Of a DNA stretch of 64,000 nt, positions 49,272-63,586 are shown in pieces. The translations under genes were made by a program, and so were the position numbers. The notes under the pieces were generated by a model. It was not told the DNA's origin and did not search any database. It saw only the letters and a program-made list of their open reading frames with translations. The first letter of the stretch is position 1; every line of letters begins with the position of its first letter. This DNA is from Nemertoderma westbladi (lineage: Eukaryota > Animalia > Xenacoelomorpha), in assembly GCA_032718475.1 (NCBI GenBank), contig JAUCBJ010001686.1, positions 14,424 through 78,423 on the forward strand, given 5' to 3'.

Positions 49272-52200
49272 CTGCAACATAAATACATACATAAATTCCT
49301 GCAACATAAATACATACATAAATTCCTGCAACATAAATACATACATAAATTCCTGCAACATAAATACATACATAAATTCCTGCAACATAAATACATACAT
49401 AAATTCCTGCAACATAAATACATACATAAATTCCTGCAACATAAATACATACATAAATTCCTGCAACATAAATACATACCTAAATTCCTGCAACATAAAT
49501 ACATACATAAATTCCTGCAACATAAATACATACATAAATTCCTGCAACATAAATACATACATAAATTCCTGCAACATAAATACATACATAAATTCCTGCA
49601 ACATAAATAAATACATAAATTCCTGCAACATAAATACATACATAAATTCCTGCAACATAAATACATACATAAATTCCTGAAACATAAATACATACCTAAA
49701 TTCCTGCAACATAAATAAATACATAAATTCCTGCAACATAAATACATACATAAATTCCTACAACATAAATACATACATAAATTCCTGCAACATAAATACA
49801 TACATAAATTCCTGCAACATAAATACATACATAAATTCCTGCAACATAAATACATACATAAATTCCTGCAACATAAATACATACATAAATTCCTGCAACA
49901 TAAATACATACATAAATTCCTGCAACATAAATACATACATAAATTCCTGCAACATAAATACATACATAAATTCCTGCAACATAAATACATACATAAATTC
50001 CTGCAACATAAATACATACAAAAATTCCTGCAACATAAATACATACATAAATTCCTGCAACATAAATACATACCTAAATTCCTGCAACATAAATACATAC
50101 ATAAATTCCTGCAACATAAATACATACATAAATTCCTGCAACATAAATACATACATAAATTCCTGCAACATAAATACATACATAAATTCCTGCAACATAA
50201 ATAAATACATAAATTCCTGCAACATAAATACATACATAAATTCCTGCAACATAAATACATACATAAATTCCTGCAACATAAATACATACATAAATTCCTG
50301 CAACATAAATACATACATAAATTCCTGCAACATAAATACATACATAAATTCCTGCAACATAAATACATACATAAATTCCTGCAACATAAATACATACCTA
50401 AATTCCTGCAACATAAATACATACATAAATTCCTGCAACATAAATACATACATAAATTCCTGCAACATAAATACATACATAAATTCCTGCAACATAAATA
50501 CATACATAAATTCCTGCAACATAAATAAATACATAAATTCCTGCAACATAAATACATACATAAATTCCTGCAACATAAATACATACATAAATTCCTGAAA
50601 CATAAATACATACCTAAATTCCTGCAACATAAATAAATACATAAATTCCTGCAACATAAATACATACATAAATTCCTACAACATAAATACATACATAAAT
50701 TCCTGCAACATAAATACATACCTAAATTCCTGCAACATAAATACATACATAAATTCCCGCAACATAAATACATACATAAATTCCTGCAACATAAATACAT
50801 ACATAAATTCCTGCAACATAAATACATACATAAATTCATGCAACATAAATACATACATAAATTCGTGCAACATAAATACATACATAAATTCCTGCAACAT
50901 AAATACATACATAAATTCCTGCAACATAAATACATACAAAAATTCCTGCAACATAAATACATACATAAATTCCTGCAACATAAATAAATACATAAATTCC
51001 TGCAACATAAATAAATACATAAATTCCTGCAACATAAATACATACATAAATTCCTGCAACATAAATACATACATAAATTCCTGCAACATAAATACATACA
51101 TAAATTCCTGCAATATAAATACATACATAAATTCCTGCAACATAAATACATACATAAATTCCTGCAACATAAATACATACATAAATTCCTGCAACATAAA
51201 TAAATACATAAATTCCTGCAACATAAATAAATACATAAATTCCTGCAACATAAATACATACATAAATTCCTGCAACAGAAATACATACATAAATTCCTGC
51301 AACATAAATACATACATAAATTCCTGCAACATAAATACATACATAAATTCCTGCAACATAAATAAATACATAAATTCCTGCAACATAAATAAATACATAA
51401 ATTCCTGCAACATAAATACATACATAAATTCCTGCAACATAAATACATACATAAATTCCTGCAACATAAATACATACATAAATTCCTGCAATATAAATAC
51501 ATACATAAATTCCTGCAACATAAATACATACAAAAATTCCTGCAACATAAATACATACATAAATTCCTGCAACATAAATACATACAAAAATTCCTGCAAC
51601 ATAAATACATACATAAATTCCTGCAACATAAATAAATACATAAATTCCTGCAACATAAATAAATACATAAATTCCTGCAACATAAATACATACATAAATT
51701 CCTGCAACATAAATACATACATAAATTCCTGCAACATAAATACATACATAAATTCCTGCAATATAAATACATACATAAATTCCTGCAACATAAATACATA
51801 CATAAATTCCTGCAGCATGAATAAATACATAAATTCCTGCAACATAAATACATACATAAATTCCTGCAACATAAATACATACATAAATTCCTGCAACATA
51901 AATAAATACATAAATTCCTGCAACATAAATACATACATAAATTCCTGCAACATAAATACATACATAAATTCCTGCAACATAAATACATACATAAATTCCT
52001 GCAACATAAATACATACATAAATTCCTGCAACATAAATACATACATAAATTCCTGCAACATAAATACATACATAAATTCCTGCAACATAAATACATACAT
52101 AAATTCCTGCAACATAAATACATACATAAATACCTGCAACATAAATAAATACATAAATTCCTGCAACATAAATACATACATAAATTCCTGCAACATAAAT

Positions 52201-55200
52201 ACATACATAAATTCCTGAAACATAAATACATACCTAAATTCCTGCAACATAAATAAATACATAAATTCCTGCAACATAAATACATACATAAATTCCTACA
52301 ACATAAATACATACATAAATTCCTGCAACATAAATACATACCTAAATTCCTGCAACATAAATACATACATAAATTCCTGCAACATAAATACATACATAAA
52401 TTCCTGCAACATAAATACATACATAAATTCCTGCAACATAAATACATACATAAATTCCTGCAACATAAATACATACATAAATTCGTGCAACATAAATACA
52501 TACATAAATTCCTGCAACATAAATACATACATAAATTCCTGCAACATAAATACATACAAAAATTCCTGCAACATAAATACATACATAAATTCCTGCAACA
52601 TAAATAAGTACATAAATTCCTGCAACATAAATAAATACATAAATTCCTGCAACATAAATACATACATAAATTCCTGCAACATAAATACATACATAAATTC
52701 CTGCAACATAAATACATACATAAATTCCTGCAATATAAATACATACATAAATTCCTGCAACATAAATACATACATAAATTCCTGCAACATAAATACATAC
52801 ATAAATTCCTGCAACATAAATACATACATAAATTCCTGCAACATAAATACATACATAAATTCCTGCAACATAAATACATACATAAATTCCTGCAACATAA
52901 ATACATACATAAATTCCTCCAACATAAATACATACATAAATTCCTGCAACATAAATACATACATAAATTCCTGCAACATAAATAAATACATAAATTCCTG
53001 CAACATAAATAAATACATAAATTCCTGCAACATAAATACATACATAAATTCCTGCAACATAAATACATACATAAATTCCTGCAACATAAATACATACATA
53101 AATTCCTGCAACATAAATACATACATAAATTCCTGCAACATAAATAAATACATAAATTCCTGCAACATAAATACATACATAAATTCCTGCAACATAAATA
53201 CATACATAAATTCCTGCAACATAAATACATACATAAATTCCTGCAACATAAATACATACATAAATTCCTGCAATATAAATACATACATAAATTCCTGCAA
53301 CATAAATACATACAAAAATTCCTGCAACATAAATACATACATAAATTCCTGCAACATAAATACATACAAAAATTCCTGCAACATAAATACATACATAAAT
53401 TCCTGCAACATAAATAAATACATAAATTCCTGCAACATAAATAAATACATAAATTCCTGCAACATAAATACATACATAAATTCCTGCAACATAAATACAT
53501 ACATAAATTCCTGCAACATAAATACATACATAAATTCCTGCAATATAAATACATACATAAATTCCTGCAACATAAATACATACATAAATTCCTGCAGCAT
53601 GAATAAATACATAAATTCCTGCAACATAAATACATACATAAATTCCTGCAACATAAATACATACATAAATTCCTGCAACATAAATAAATACATAAATTCC
53701 TGCAACATAAATACATACATAAATTCCTGCAACATAAATACATACATAAATTCCTGCAACATAAATACATACATAAATTCCTGCAACATAAATACATACA
53801 TAAATTCCTGCAACATAAATACATACATAAATTCCTGCAACATAAATACATACATAAATTCCTGCAACATAAATACATACATAAATTCCTGCAACATAAA
53901 TACATATATAAATTCCTGCAACATAAATAAATACATAAATTCCTGCAACATAAATACATACATAAATTCCTGCAACATAAATAAATACATAAATTCCTGC
54001 AATATAAATACATACATAAATTCCTGCAACATAAATACATACATAAATTCCTGCAGCATAAATAAATACATAAATTCCTGCAACATAAATACATACATAA
54101 ATTCCTGCAACATAGATACATACATAAATTCCTGCAACATAAATAAATACATAAATTCCTGCAACATAAATACATACATAAATTCCTGCAACATAAATAC
54201 ATACATAAATTCCTGCAACATAAATACATACATAAATTCCTGCAACATAAATACATACATAAATTCCTGCAACATAAATAAATACATAAATTCCTGCAAC
54301 ATAAATACATACATAAATTCCTGCAACATAAATAAATACATAAATTCCTGCAACATAAATACATACCTAAATTCCTGCAACACAAATACATACATAAATT
54401 CCTGCAACATAAATACATACATAAATTCCTGCAACATAAATAAATACATAAATTCCTGCAACATAAATACATACCTAAATTCCTGCAACATAAATACATA
54501 CATAAATTCCTGCAACATAAATACATACATAAATTCCTGCAACATAAATACATACATAAATTCCTGCAACATAAATACATACATAAATTCGTGCAACATA
54601 AATACATACATAAATTCCTGCAACATAAATACATACATAAATTCCTGCAACATAAATACATACATAAATTCCTGCAACATAAATACATACATAAATTCCT
54701 GCAACATAAATACATACATAAATTCCTGCAACATAAATACATACATAAATTCCTGCAACATAAATACATACATAAATTCCTGCAACATAAATACATACAT
54801 AAATTCCTGCAACATAAATACATACATAAATTCCTGCAACATAAATAAATACATAAATTCCTGCAACATAAATACATACCTAAATTCCTGCAACACAAAT
54901 ACATACATAAATTCCTGCAACATAAATACATACATAAATTCCTGCAACATAAATAAATACATAAATTCCTGCAACATAAATACATACCTAAATTCCTGCA
55001 ACATAAATACATACATAAATTCCTGCAACATAAATACATACATAAATTCCTGCAACATAAATACATACATAAATTCGTGCAACATAAATACATACATAAA
55101 TTCCTGCAACATAAATACATACATAAATTCCTGCAACATAAATACATACATAAATTCCTGCAACATAAATACATACATAAATTCATGCAACATAAATACA

Positions 55201-55489
55201 TACATAAATTCCTGCAACATAAATACATACATAAATTCCTGCAACATAAATACATACATAAATTCCTGCAACATAAATACATACATAAATTCCTGCAACA
55301 TAAATACATACATAAATTCCTGCAACATAAATAAATACATAAATTCCTGCAACATAAATACATACCTAAATTCCTGCAACATAAATACATACATAAATTC
55401 CTGCAACATAAATACATACATAAATTCCTGCAACATAAATACATACATAAATTCCTGCAACATAAATACATACATAAATTCCTGCAACA
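49269..55489. repeat. 27-bp satellite, ~230 copies, each a copy of the splice acceptor
   Basis: Unit cctgcaacataaatacatacataaatt; on the gene strand ...tatttatgttgcag|gaat. Confidence 0.97.
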
Positions 55490-55638
55490 ATTCACTTTAT
55501 CAACAAAATATTTAGATATACGATACTACCGTCGTTATATCGATTTAATCCTCGTGCTTATTAATAAATATTATCATTCGACATAAGAAACATACGCACG
55601 CACCTCACAGTTTCTATTGACTTTAATGATATACGAAC

Positions 55639-55831
55639 CGTTTCTACTGACTGTAGCTGGCGATGCATTATCAATATTATGAGGCTCAAATAGAATTTTA
55701 CAATTTGGAGCCATTGGTATCCGATCTCCGTTAGCCAGCGTCAGTGTTTTATTGTCATCAAGCACAGAGTTGAGATTCTCAATCCAAATAGCATCAACTG
55801 GTCCATCCAGTACCAACCAGATATTCTCCGA
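55639..55831 (-). CDS. DNAH5: Axonemal dynein heavy chain (DNAH5/DNAH8-like), first exon in window, AAA2 Walker B region
   Basis: [38 protein letters not shown]...[10 protein letters not shown]; acceptor ttttactttag, donor G|gttcgt (phase 1). DNAH5 versus DNAH8 cannot be resolved by eye. Confidence 0.93.
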
Positions 55832-56063
55832 CTAAAGTAAAAGTCGCTTTAAATAATGGTTGTTGATTCCCATAAGTACTCTAGTAATATTTATATATAC
55901 ATAAATATATTTAAAGTTTAGTTGTTATATAAGAAGCCTAAATAAATAATAAATCAATCAAATACTATTATAATAGTAATAAATTCATTTACAATCCATA
56001 TAATAAATATTGATGTATGAAACATTATAAATCCTATAAAAAGGCAATTATATCCAATATCAG

Positions 56064-56290
56064 TTAATAATATGTCACTTTGACTGTCTTTGACGCACCG
56101 GTGCGTAAAATTCTAGACAATAGATTGTGTCACGACTCATATATCCGTGATTGATTCAAACTGTGATGTAGAGGAAATGGTAGGTGATTTGTTAAAATTT
56201 CATGTGCCACCTTGTAAACAGATCCCAAATTCATTTTGTGACATTATCCATGACGCATATATGCGTCATCTGACCACTATAATGTCTTAA
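56064..56290. mobile_element. Possible decayed piggyBac-like MITE
   Basis: Sub-terminal palindromes gacgcaccggtgcgt and gacgcatatatgcgtc; ends in TTAA. Confidence 0.3.
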
Positions 56291-56559
56291 AAAATATAAA
56301 AAATATACAGAGATTCAGGATTTGGAGGCAACTAGAAAGCTTTGTAATTGTGCCCGAATATGAAAACTATAATAAAGTTTTAGTGAGTGTGAAACAGAAA
56401 ACACCAGGCACAACCCAAAGGCTCTTCTATCTTGGCTATTACATGTAAAACAGGGATGTCGCCACAGTAACACCCAAGGAGTACACTCCATAACTACCCA
56501 ATACTTTTTTACTCCCCTCATAGAAGCCTGGTTTCCATTTTACCTCTGGCATTGCATAG

Positions 56560-56742
56560 ACACACGAACCTTGCCTCAACCTAGCACCACCCTGCAGACA
56601 CACCAACCTTGCCTCCACCCAGCACCACCCTGCAGACACACCAACCTTGCCTCCACCCAGCACCACCCTGCAGACACACCAACCTTGCCTCCACCCAGCA
56701 CCACCCTGCAGACACACCAACCTTGCCTCCACCTAGAACCAC
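56560..56742. repeat. 38-bp minisatellite (continues at 63853-63975), split by the LTR element
   Basis: Unit ccttgcctccacccagcaccaccctgcagacacaccaa on both sides. Confidence 0.9.
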
Positions 56743-57689
56743 TGTGACGGGATCTACGGATCCCGGTTTATCCGTTTGGGTTTTCTATCCACGCGTCCCC
56801 GCCGTGTGTGAAAGGTAAAATAGTTCTGGTGTCCGGTTATATGTATAAGGTATAATAGTCTGATATATATAATATAGTATGACACAATAGGTAATATACA
56901 ATGGCGGTAGCGGACGGTGACAGAAGTCCCCGTTCCACCCTACTGATCTGACTGAGTAAACTGAATAACTGACCGGTATGATTACTGGTAACTGGTTATA
57001 TTGCACGGTGGCCTTATTGCTACTCAATCGATGCCTTTCCCCCCTCTGATTGGTTGATACCCCTGTTGGCACCCTTTGCCCCCCTCTGAAGTGCTTCCCT
57101 TCGCCCTTGCTGTTCTCTCTCTTGTCAGGGGAGTAACCCCTGACCCTTATTGTGTGTGTCTCCTTTGGGGCCTATTGTCCCCGTTTACTGGGCTGACAAT
57201 AGGCTCCCAATATTGCTTTATGGCTCACTCTATGGGTTTGTGTTAGCGGAATTGGATAAGCTAACACTCCCCCCCATGCTATCTTCCCGGTGAGAAGATA
57301 GCATCAACCAAAAGGTGCGCTACAATTCCGCGGGATCCCGATCTATTATCGGGTGTGGGGTGGGTCTATTTTTTTTCGGAGTCGGCTTTCCAGGCCGCTC
57401 CCTATGGGTATGATGTCACTACCCTCTGGCGTCTCGTGTCGGGCCGATCGTGCGCTTCTCTCACACAATTTTTGTTTCCCCAACACTCTCACCACTCTGC
57501 TCCAACTCTCGCATACCCCCGGACCTCCTCGTCCCACACTCTTCCTCTCACTTCTCCTTCCCCACACTTGAATTGCGCCCACGCTCTCTTCGCACTCCGC
57601 ACTATCACCTCTCCACTCTCTCGTCACTCCCTAAGGCTTTATTCTCTAATGCTACCCCTGTGCTATCATACTATCTACCTACTGCTTAC

Positions 57690-59400
57690 TAACTCTAACT
57701 ATCTAACTAACTCTGCTAACTACTAACTCTTACTACTTCTAGCTCTAACTGAGAGCCCCTAACTTTCTACTGACTCTAACTCTCTACTAAGTCTAACTAA
57801 CTCCTACTAACTTTCTACTTCTACTAACTCTACTTGACCCCTCTGAGTCTACCAACTCTGCTAACTAGCTCTACTAACTCTATTCCACTAGCTCTGCTAA
57901 CTCTACTCCACTAGCTCTGCTAACTCTACTAACTAGCTCTACTAACTCTATTCCACTCTTCTAACTACGTGGCGCTTGCGGTGCCCACAACCATTCTACT
58001 ATCTGGCACCCTATGTGCCCTTCTACTACTCAACTACCTCTCTAGCTCTACTACCTGGCACCCTATGTGCCCTCTCTGCTCTACTCTACTAGCTGGCACC
58101 CTATGTGCCCTCTCTACTACACTACTACCTCTCTAACTCTACTACCTGGCACCCTATGTGCCCTCTCTACTACTCTACTCTATCTCTCTAACTCTACTAC
58201 CTGGCACCCTATGTGCCCTCTCTACTACTCTACTCTATCTCTCTAACTCTACTACCTGGCACCCTATGTGCCCTCTCTACTACTCTACTCTATCTCTCTA
58301 ACTCTACTACCTGGCACCCTATGTGCCCGTCTCTACCACTCTACTCTATCTCTAACTCTCTAACTCTACTACCTGGCACCCTATGTGCCCGTCTCTACCA
58401 CTCCTCTACTCCCCCTTTACGTCTCATCGCCTACACGTGACGCTCTGAGTGCCGGCAGAGTGGGTACGTTAATTATGTGAACTACTACTGACTCTACTAA
58501 CTCTCTTCTAACTCTACTAACTCTTTTGTGCCCGGCACCTCTTGTGCCCGGCACCTTCTAACTCTACTAACTCTTTTTGTGCCCGGCACCTCTTGTGCCC
58601 GGCACCTTCTAACTCTACTAACTGGCACCCTATGTGCCCTCTCTACTCTACTCTACTACTCTATCTCTAACTCTCTAAATCTACTACCTGGCACCCTATG
58701 TGCCCGTCTACTACTCTACTCTTTTTGTGCCCGGCACCTCTTGTGCCCGGCACCCACCCTAATTAACATACCTTGCTCTTACATCAAACACATCATCACG
58801 CCCGTGCCCCACTAAGTTCAGCGCATTCCCTACTAACTCTAACTACGTGGCGCTTACGGTGCCCACAACCCTCTACTGCTACTACTAACACCCCTAACTA
58901 GCGGTACTACGTACCCTCTTACTACTCTAGCTCTCTCTACTAGCTAGCGGTACTACGTACCCTCTTACTCTTACTAACTCTCTAACGGTACTACGTACCC
59001 CTTAACTCCTACTCTCTAACGGTACTGCGTACCCTCTAACTCTTACTCTCTAACCGGTACTTACGTACCCTCTAACTCTTACTCTCTAACCGGTACTTAC
59101 GTACCCTCTAACTCTAACTAACTAGCGGTACTTACGTACCCTCTAACTCTAACTCTAACTAGGTACTACGTACCTAGTAACTCTCTAACTAGGTACTACG
59201 TACCTACTGACTCTCTAACTAGGTACTACGTACCTACTAACTCTTACTAACTCTCTAACGGTACTACGTACCCCTTAACTCCTACTCTCTGACGGTAGAG
59301 AGACTCTCTAACTCTTACTCTAACACTAACTATCAGTGCTAACTGACTAACTAACTAACTCTGACTCTAGGTACTACGTACCTCCTAAATAACTCCTAAC
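57690..59400. repeat. Low-complexity/tandem internal region of the LTR element
   Basis: CT/A-rich ~55-bp units (ctggcaccctatgtgccc...) and many ggtactacgtacc palindromes. Confidence 0.75.
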
Positions 59401-59451
59401 TACCTAACTTCTACCTACTTTATTATTTAATTATTTTATTTAATTAAATAA

Positions 59452-62400
59452 TTATTTTATATTTTGTGCGTGGGAAGGGCGTCTCGCCCTCATTCCCACC
59501 CCCTCAGTCCAAAACTTTGGACGACTAAAAACTCTCACGTGCCCCTTCTTCCGGTAGGCACTCTCCTGCTGCCCTCCTATACGTCCTCTAACTCTTCGCC
59601 ACACTCTCTTCGGTGCCACCTTTGCTGGCCTCCCCCTTCGTATGTGCGCTGGCATTAGAGCCCTCGACGACCCCCGCTTGTCCCTCGGTATACGCGGTGT
59701 CTGCCCATGTAATGCCCCCCCGCACTGTGTCAGCCCTGCGTGTGTATGCAACACGCCTCCTTCTACTTTCCCGACTCCCTTATGTTTGCTCATGGGCTTC
59801 TCTGCCCCTGGTTTAGTCCTTTCATATCCTCTCCCTTTCCAACACTCTCCGGATCTGTGTCCTTTTACCACACATCGATGACATAGTCCGTTTGCGTCTG
59901 TGTAGGCTACACGATCTCGCTTGGGCAACGCTTGCCAGTACTTGCAACTCCTGGTCTTATGGGTTCCGTCCCGATGTAATTGACATTGGAATCCTGGATT
60001 ATAGCGTTTCCTGTATAGTCCTTCACGTATCGCGCTTAGGTTTATATGTACCGATTTAATGTTTTGGTTGTCTAGACTCGGCCTACTGGGTATATTGGGA
60101 TTGTTTTTATTTACGGTGTTATTTTCTTTCTGTCCCTGCCTCGGTGTGGCCCTGCTACCAGCTAACCGTGGACTAGCAGTCCCCTGTATGGCCGCGTGTG
60201 GTATCGACTGTCCGCACGACCTTCTCTCATCCAAGGGGTCCGATGTTCTTGCTCCTATTGGGGTATATTGTCGATATTGTGATGGGGGAATGTCACCCTG
60301 TCCCCCCCCAGCCGGTATGTTTGGTACTGGGGTTGATGTTAATACATTGGGGCCCATACGTCTATCTCCAATAACTCCCCCCTCCCCTGGATATATATTA
60401 TGTCCCTCTGTATTATAGTCATGCTGCTGTACCGATATAGGCCTACCTACCTCTCGCCTACCTACCGGTATGTACTCCGCGACTTCCGGGTTTAATCCCG
60501 TCGTTCGCGCTACCCTATCGCCTACTATATCTCTCCCAGCATGGCCTATAATAGTATGTGCAGTAAGGCCTACAGTATGTCCTGCAGTCTGCATGTGCCC
60601 TTCCGAACCGAAGTTTATTCTTCGCGAATCTCGAATCTCCCCGCGACTACTGCACTCTCGATCGGCAGCTATATCCCGTCGGGAAGCTTCTCTTCGATCC
60701 CCTCTCCTGTTCTCGACTTTGTATTGGTACCTCCTGTACCCCTCTCTTGGCGTGCGGTGCGTTTCTCCGGGGCGACGGCAATCTCCCGAAGTTCGACCCC
60801 ACTGGCTCCCTGACTCCATCTCTACTGTCGACGGTCCGTTATCCGTCCTCGCACTGCTATCGTTCGTGGCGACACTTCTTCTACTATCTTCTCTTCTTCT
60901 CTTTTCTGTGTAGTATTCCGGTTCGTGAGGTCTCTCGTCGACCTCCCGGTTAAACTCCACTGTTCTTCTTCCTTCTTCTGGTCGGGCTCGACGCTTCGCC
61001 TGCCCTCTCGCGACGTCAACCTGCCTCTCTCTGCTCGATCGCACGCCGCTGGGGATACTCGCAATCCCCCTATTACTCTCCGTCGCCGGGTGTTGCGGTT
61101 TACCTGATTCGGCCCGCGCATTATCCGCTGACGGCTGTGGGACACTCTCTGCCCCCCCTCTCTCTCTACTAATCTCTCGCGGTGGGGTGCTCGTAGCCCC
61201 CCCCCACCCGCCACTTCTAACTTCACTATTTCTTGCTACACTTCTACACCCCTCTTGTGGGGCATTCTCTGCCCCCCCTCTCTCGCCACTAGTCTTACGT
61301 GGTGGGGCGCCCGTAGCCCCCCCCCCACTCGCCACATCTAACTTCACTATCTCTTACTTCGTCTCTACACCCCTCTCTAGTCGACGCACTGTCTCTACTA
61401 CGGCTGGGTCTATTCACCCCCGCCTCTCTCTCTACTACTGCGTGGCCCATCAGGCCCACTTCGGGTTGGCTCAACCCCGCTACCTCCTGCCTACTAACTA
61501 CGTGGCCTACCAGGCCGCCGTCGGGTTGGCTCAGCCCTGCCACTTCCTGCCTACTAACTACGTGGCCTACCAGGCCACCGTCTGCCGGGTTATGTACGTC
61601 CGACACGCTCATATTAATAGCACCATTCCCAATATTATTTGTTAAATCAATTAAATTATTAGAATTTGAAACGGGATTATTATTTAAATTATTTAAATCA
61701 CTTAGATCACTACTATTCTCTAAACTTAAATTATTATTCGAATTATTTTGCGGGTTTGAATTGAAATTATTATTTAGAATATTTGTATTTAAATTTAAAT
61801 TACTACTACCCGGTAAAATATTATTTCCTGTAATAAAGGGATTAGGGTTATCTACTACGGTACTATTAATATTAACTATCTCTAACGTACTACTACTACC
61901 CCCCCCGCCCGTACGGCTACACCAGTTCTGGTTTTCTCGCCCGGTGCCTGTAAGTGGGGGCTCACTCTCTGATATCTCCAACCGCGCCAGTTCTAGTCGG
62001 CGCCGTTTAAGTTTGGCTTGATATTGCGCAAGCCTCCCTATCTGGGCACACAAATCATCCCGCTCACGCTCTATCTCTATCTCTCTCTTTATGCACTTTC
62101 GTAAACTTCGCTCGGCCCTCTCTCTCGCAAGCATCTCAGACCGCTTTGCCGACTCGCTCTCTACTCCCATCTCCCGCTCTCTACACTCCTCGACACTCTC
62201 TCTATCTTCCTTTGCCCACTCTCTTTCTCTCTCCAACCACGCGGTTTCCTCACTCAGTCGCCTCTCTAACTCTTTCTGCTCTGCCGCCGCCACTTCTATT
62301 CCATACGCCAGGTTTATCTCCCGCACCCTTCTTTCTTTTGCGGAGGATGTAGCAGACTTACCGGTTGCGACGGACTCCCGTCGCCCCTCCGTCCTACTAA

Positions 62401-63160
62401 CTTTCCCCCGCTTTCCGGGGTTCTCGCTGACCGACGAGACCGAATCCTCGGAGCTAACCTCGGATTCGTCCTCGTGCGGTCCCGCCCAACCCACTAACTT
62501 AACTTCCCTGGCATCGACTAAGTATGGCCCTATGTACACTACACTAGGTTCCATACCCCCACATTCCCATAGTTTAAACAGTTCGAAGGCAACTCCCCAC
62601 GCCCTCAACTCTGCTAGTTCTCTCTGCCCAGAACACACTAGGTGATCAAAGTATCTGTCCGACTCACCTAGTCCCTTTGTCATCCTGACCTCGTCTACCT
62701 TCGCCCCCTCCTTGGCCTCTCTCAGTTGCTCCCGGGTCGCGAGGTAGGCCCGTCGAAGTCGATCAGAAACCCCGACGTCCTCGTCGCCGACCTCTCTTCC
62801 GTCTCTCCGGGTCCGACGTCGTACCGACGGCCCCACCGTCGCCGTTCCGGTGGACCGTTCGTCGTCCTCGGCCTGTGGCTGGCCGGTGACATCGGTATGT
62901 CGACCCTCGCTCTGCGTCGACTCGTCTTTCTCTTCTTCTCCCTTCTCGTCTCCTTCCCTCGACTCACTCTCCGGTTGTAGACGACCCCCCACATCTTGAT
63001 TCGTCGGGTTGCTCGTTGTCGACGTGGCGTCAACCTGCGTCGACGTGGTCGGCGTAGCATCGATCGGCGTCGTGGGTTCGTATCGTCTCGCCGTGGCCTC
63101 GCGGATCGTTAGATCGTCGTCCGGGGTCCGCGGCGGTGTCGTTCCTTTCTCTCGACTCAT
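59452..63160 (-). CDS. Gag-like protein (~1235 aa if one extra G in the 61317-61326 run is removed)
   Basis: Coiled coil, LNPEVAEYIP motif, and BEL-type paired knuckles CQLH..H....C and LCHRCVVKGHRSGEC. Confidence 0.7.
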
Positions 63161-63552
63161 CTCGCCTTTGGTAGCTGGCAGCCACAGTCTGTCAGTTGGT
63201 TAGATCTAGTTCTATCACTGTCAGACTGTTAGGGCAGCTGCTAGGATTCTATCTCTGTCAGGGCAGCTGGGCGGATCTAGTTCTGTCACTGTCAGGGCAG
63301 CTGGGCGGATCTGATTCTGTCACTGTGACGGGATCTACGGATCCCGGTTTATCCGTTTGGGTTTTCTATCCACGCGTCCCCGCCGTGTGTGAAAGGTAAA
63401 ATAGTTCTGGTGTCCGGTTATATGTATAAGGTATAATAGTCTGATATATATAATATACAGTAGTATGACACAATAGGTAATATACAATGGCGGTAGCGGA
63501 CGGTGACAGAAGTCCCCGTTCCACCCTACTGATCTGACTGAGTAAACTGAAT

Positions 63553-63586
63553 AACTGACCGGTATGATTACTGGTAACTGGTTATA
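63553..63586 (-). promoter_or_regulatory. Putative LTR core promoter (TATA + Inr)
   Basis: TATAA (63586-63582) lies 30 nt upstream of the A in TCAGTT (63556). Confidence 0.5.

Noticed and set aside
49154-55515. 2113-aa Cys-rich and other long ORFs
   Set aside because: Artefacts of a 27-bp repeat, open in several frames on both strands.
61295-61347. Programmed gag-pol frameshift
   Set aside because: The downstream ORF is not pol, and the sister repeat indicates a 1-nt homopolymer indel (mutation or sequencing error).
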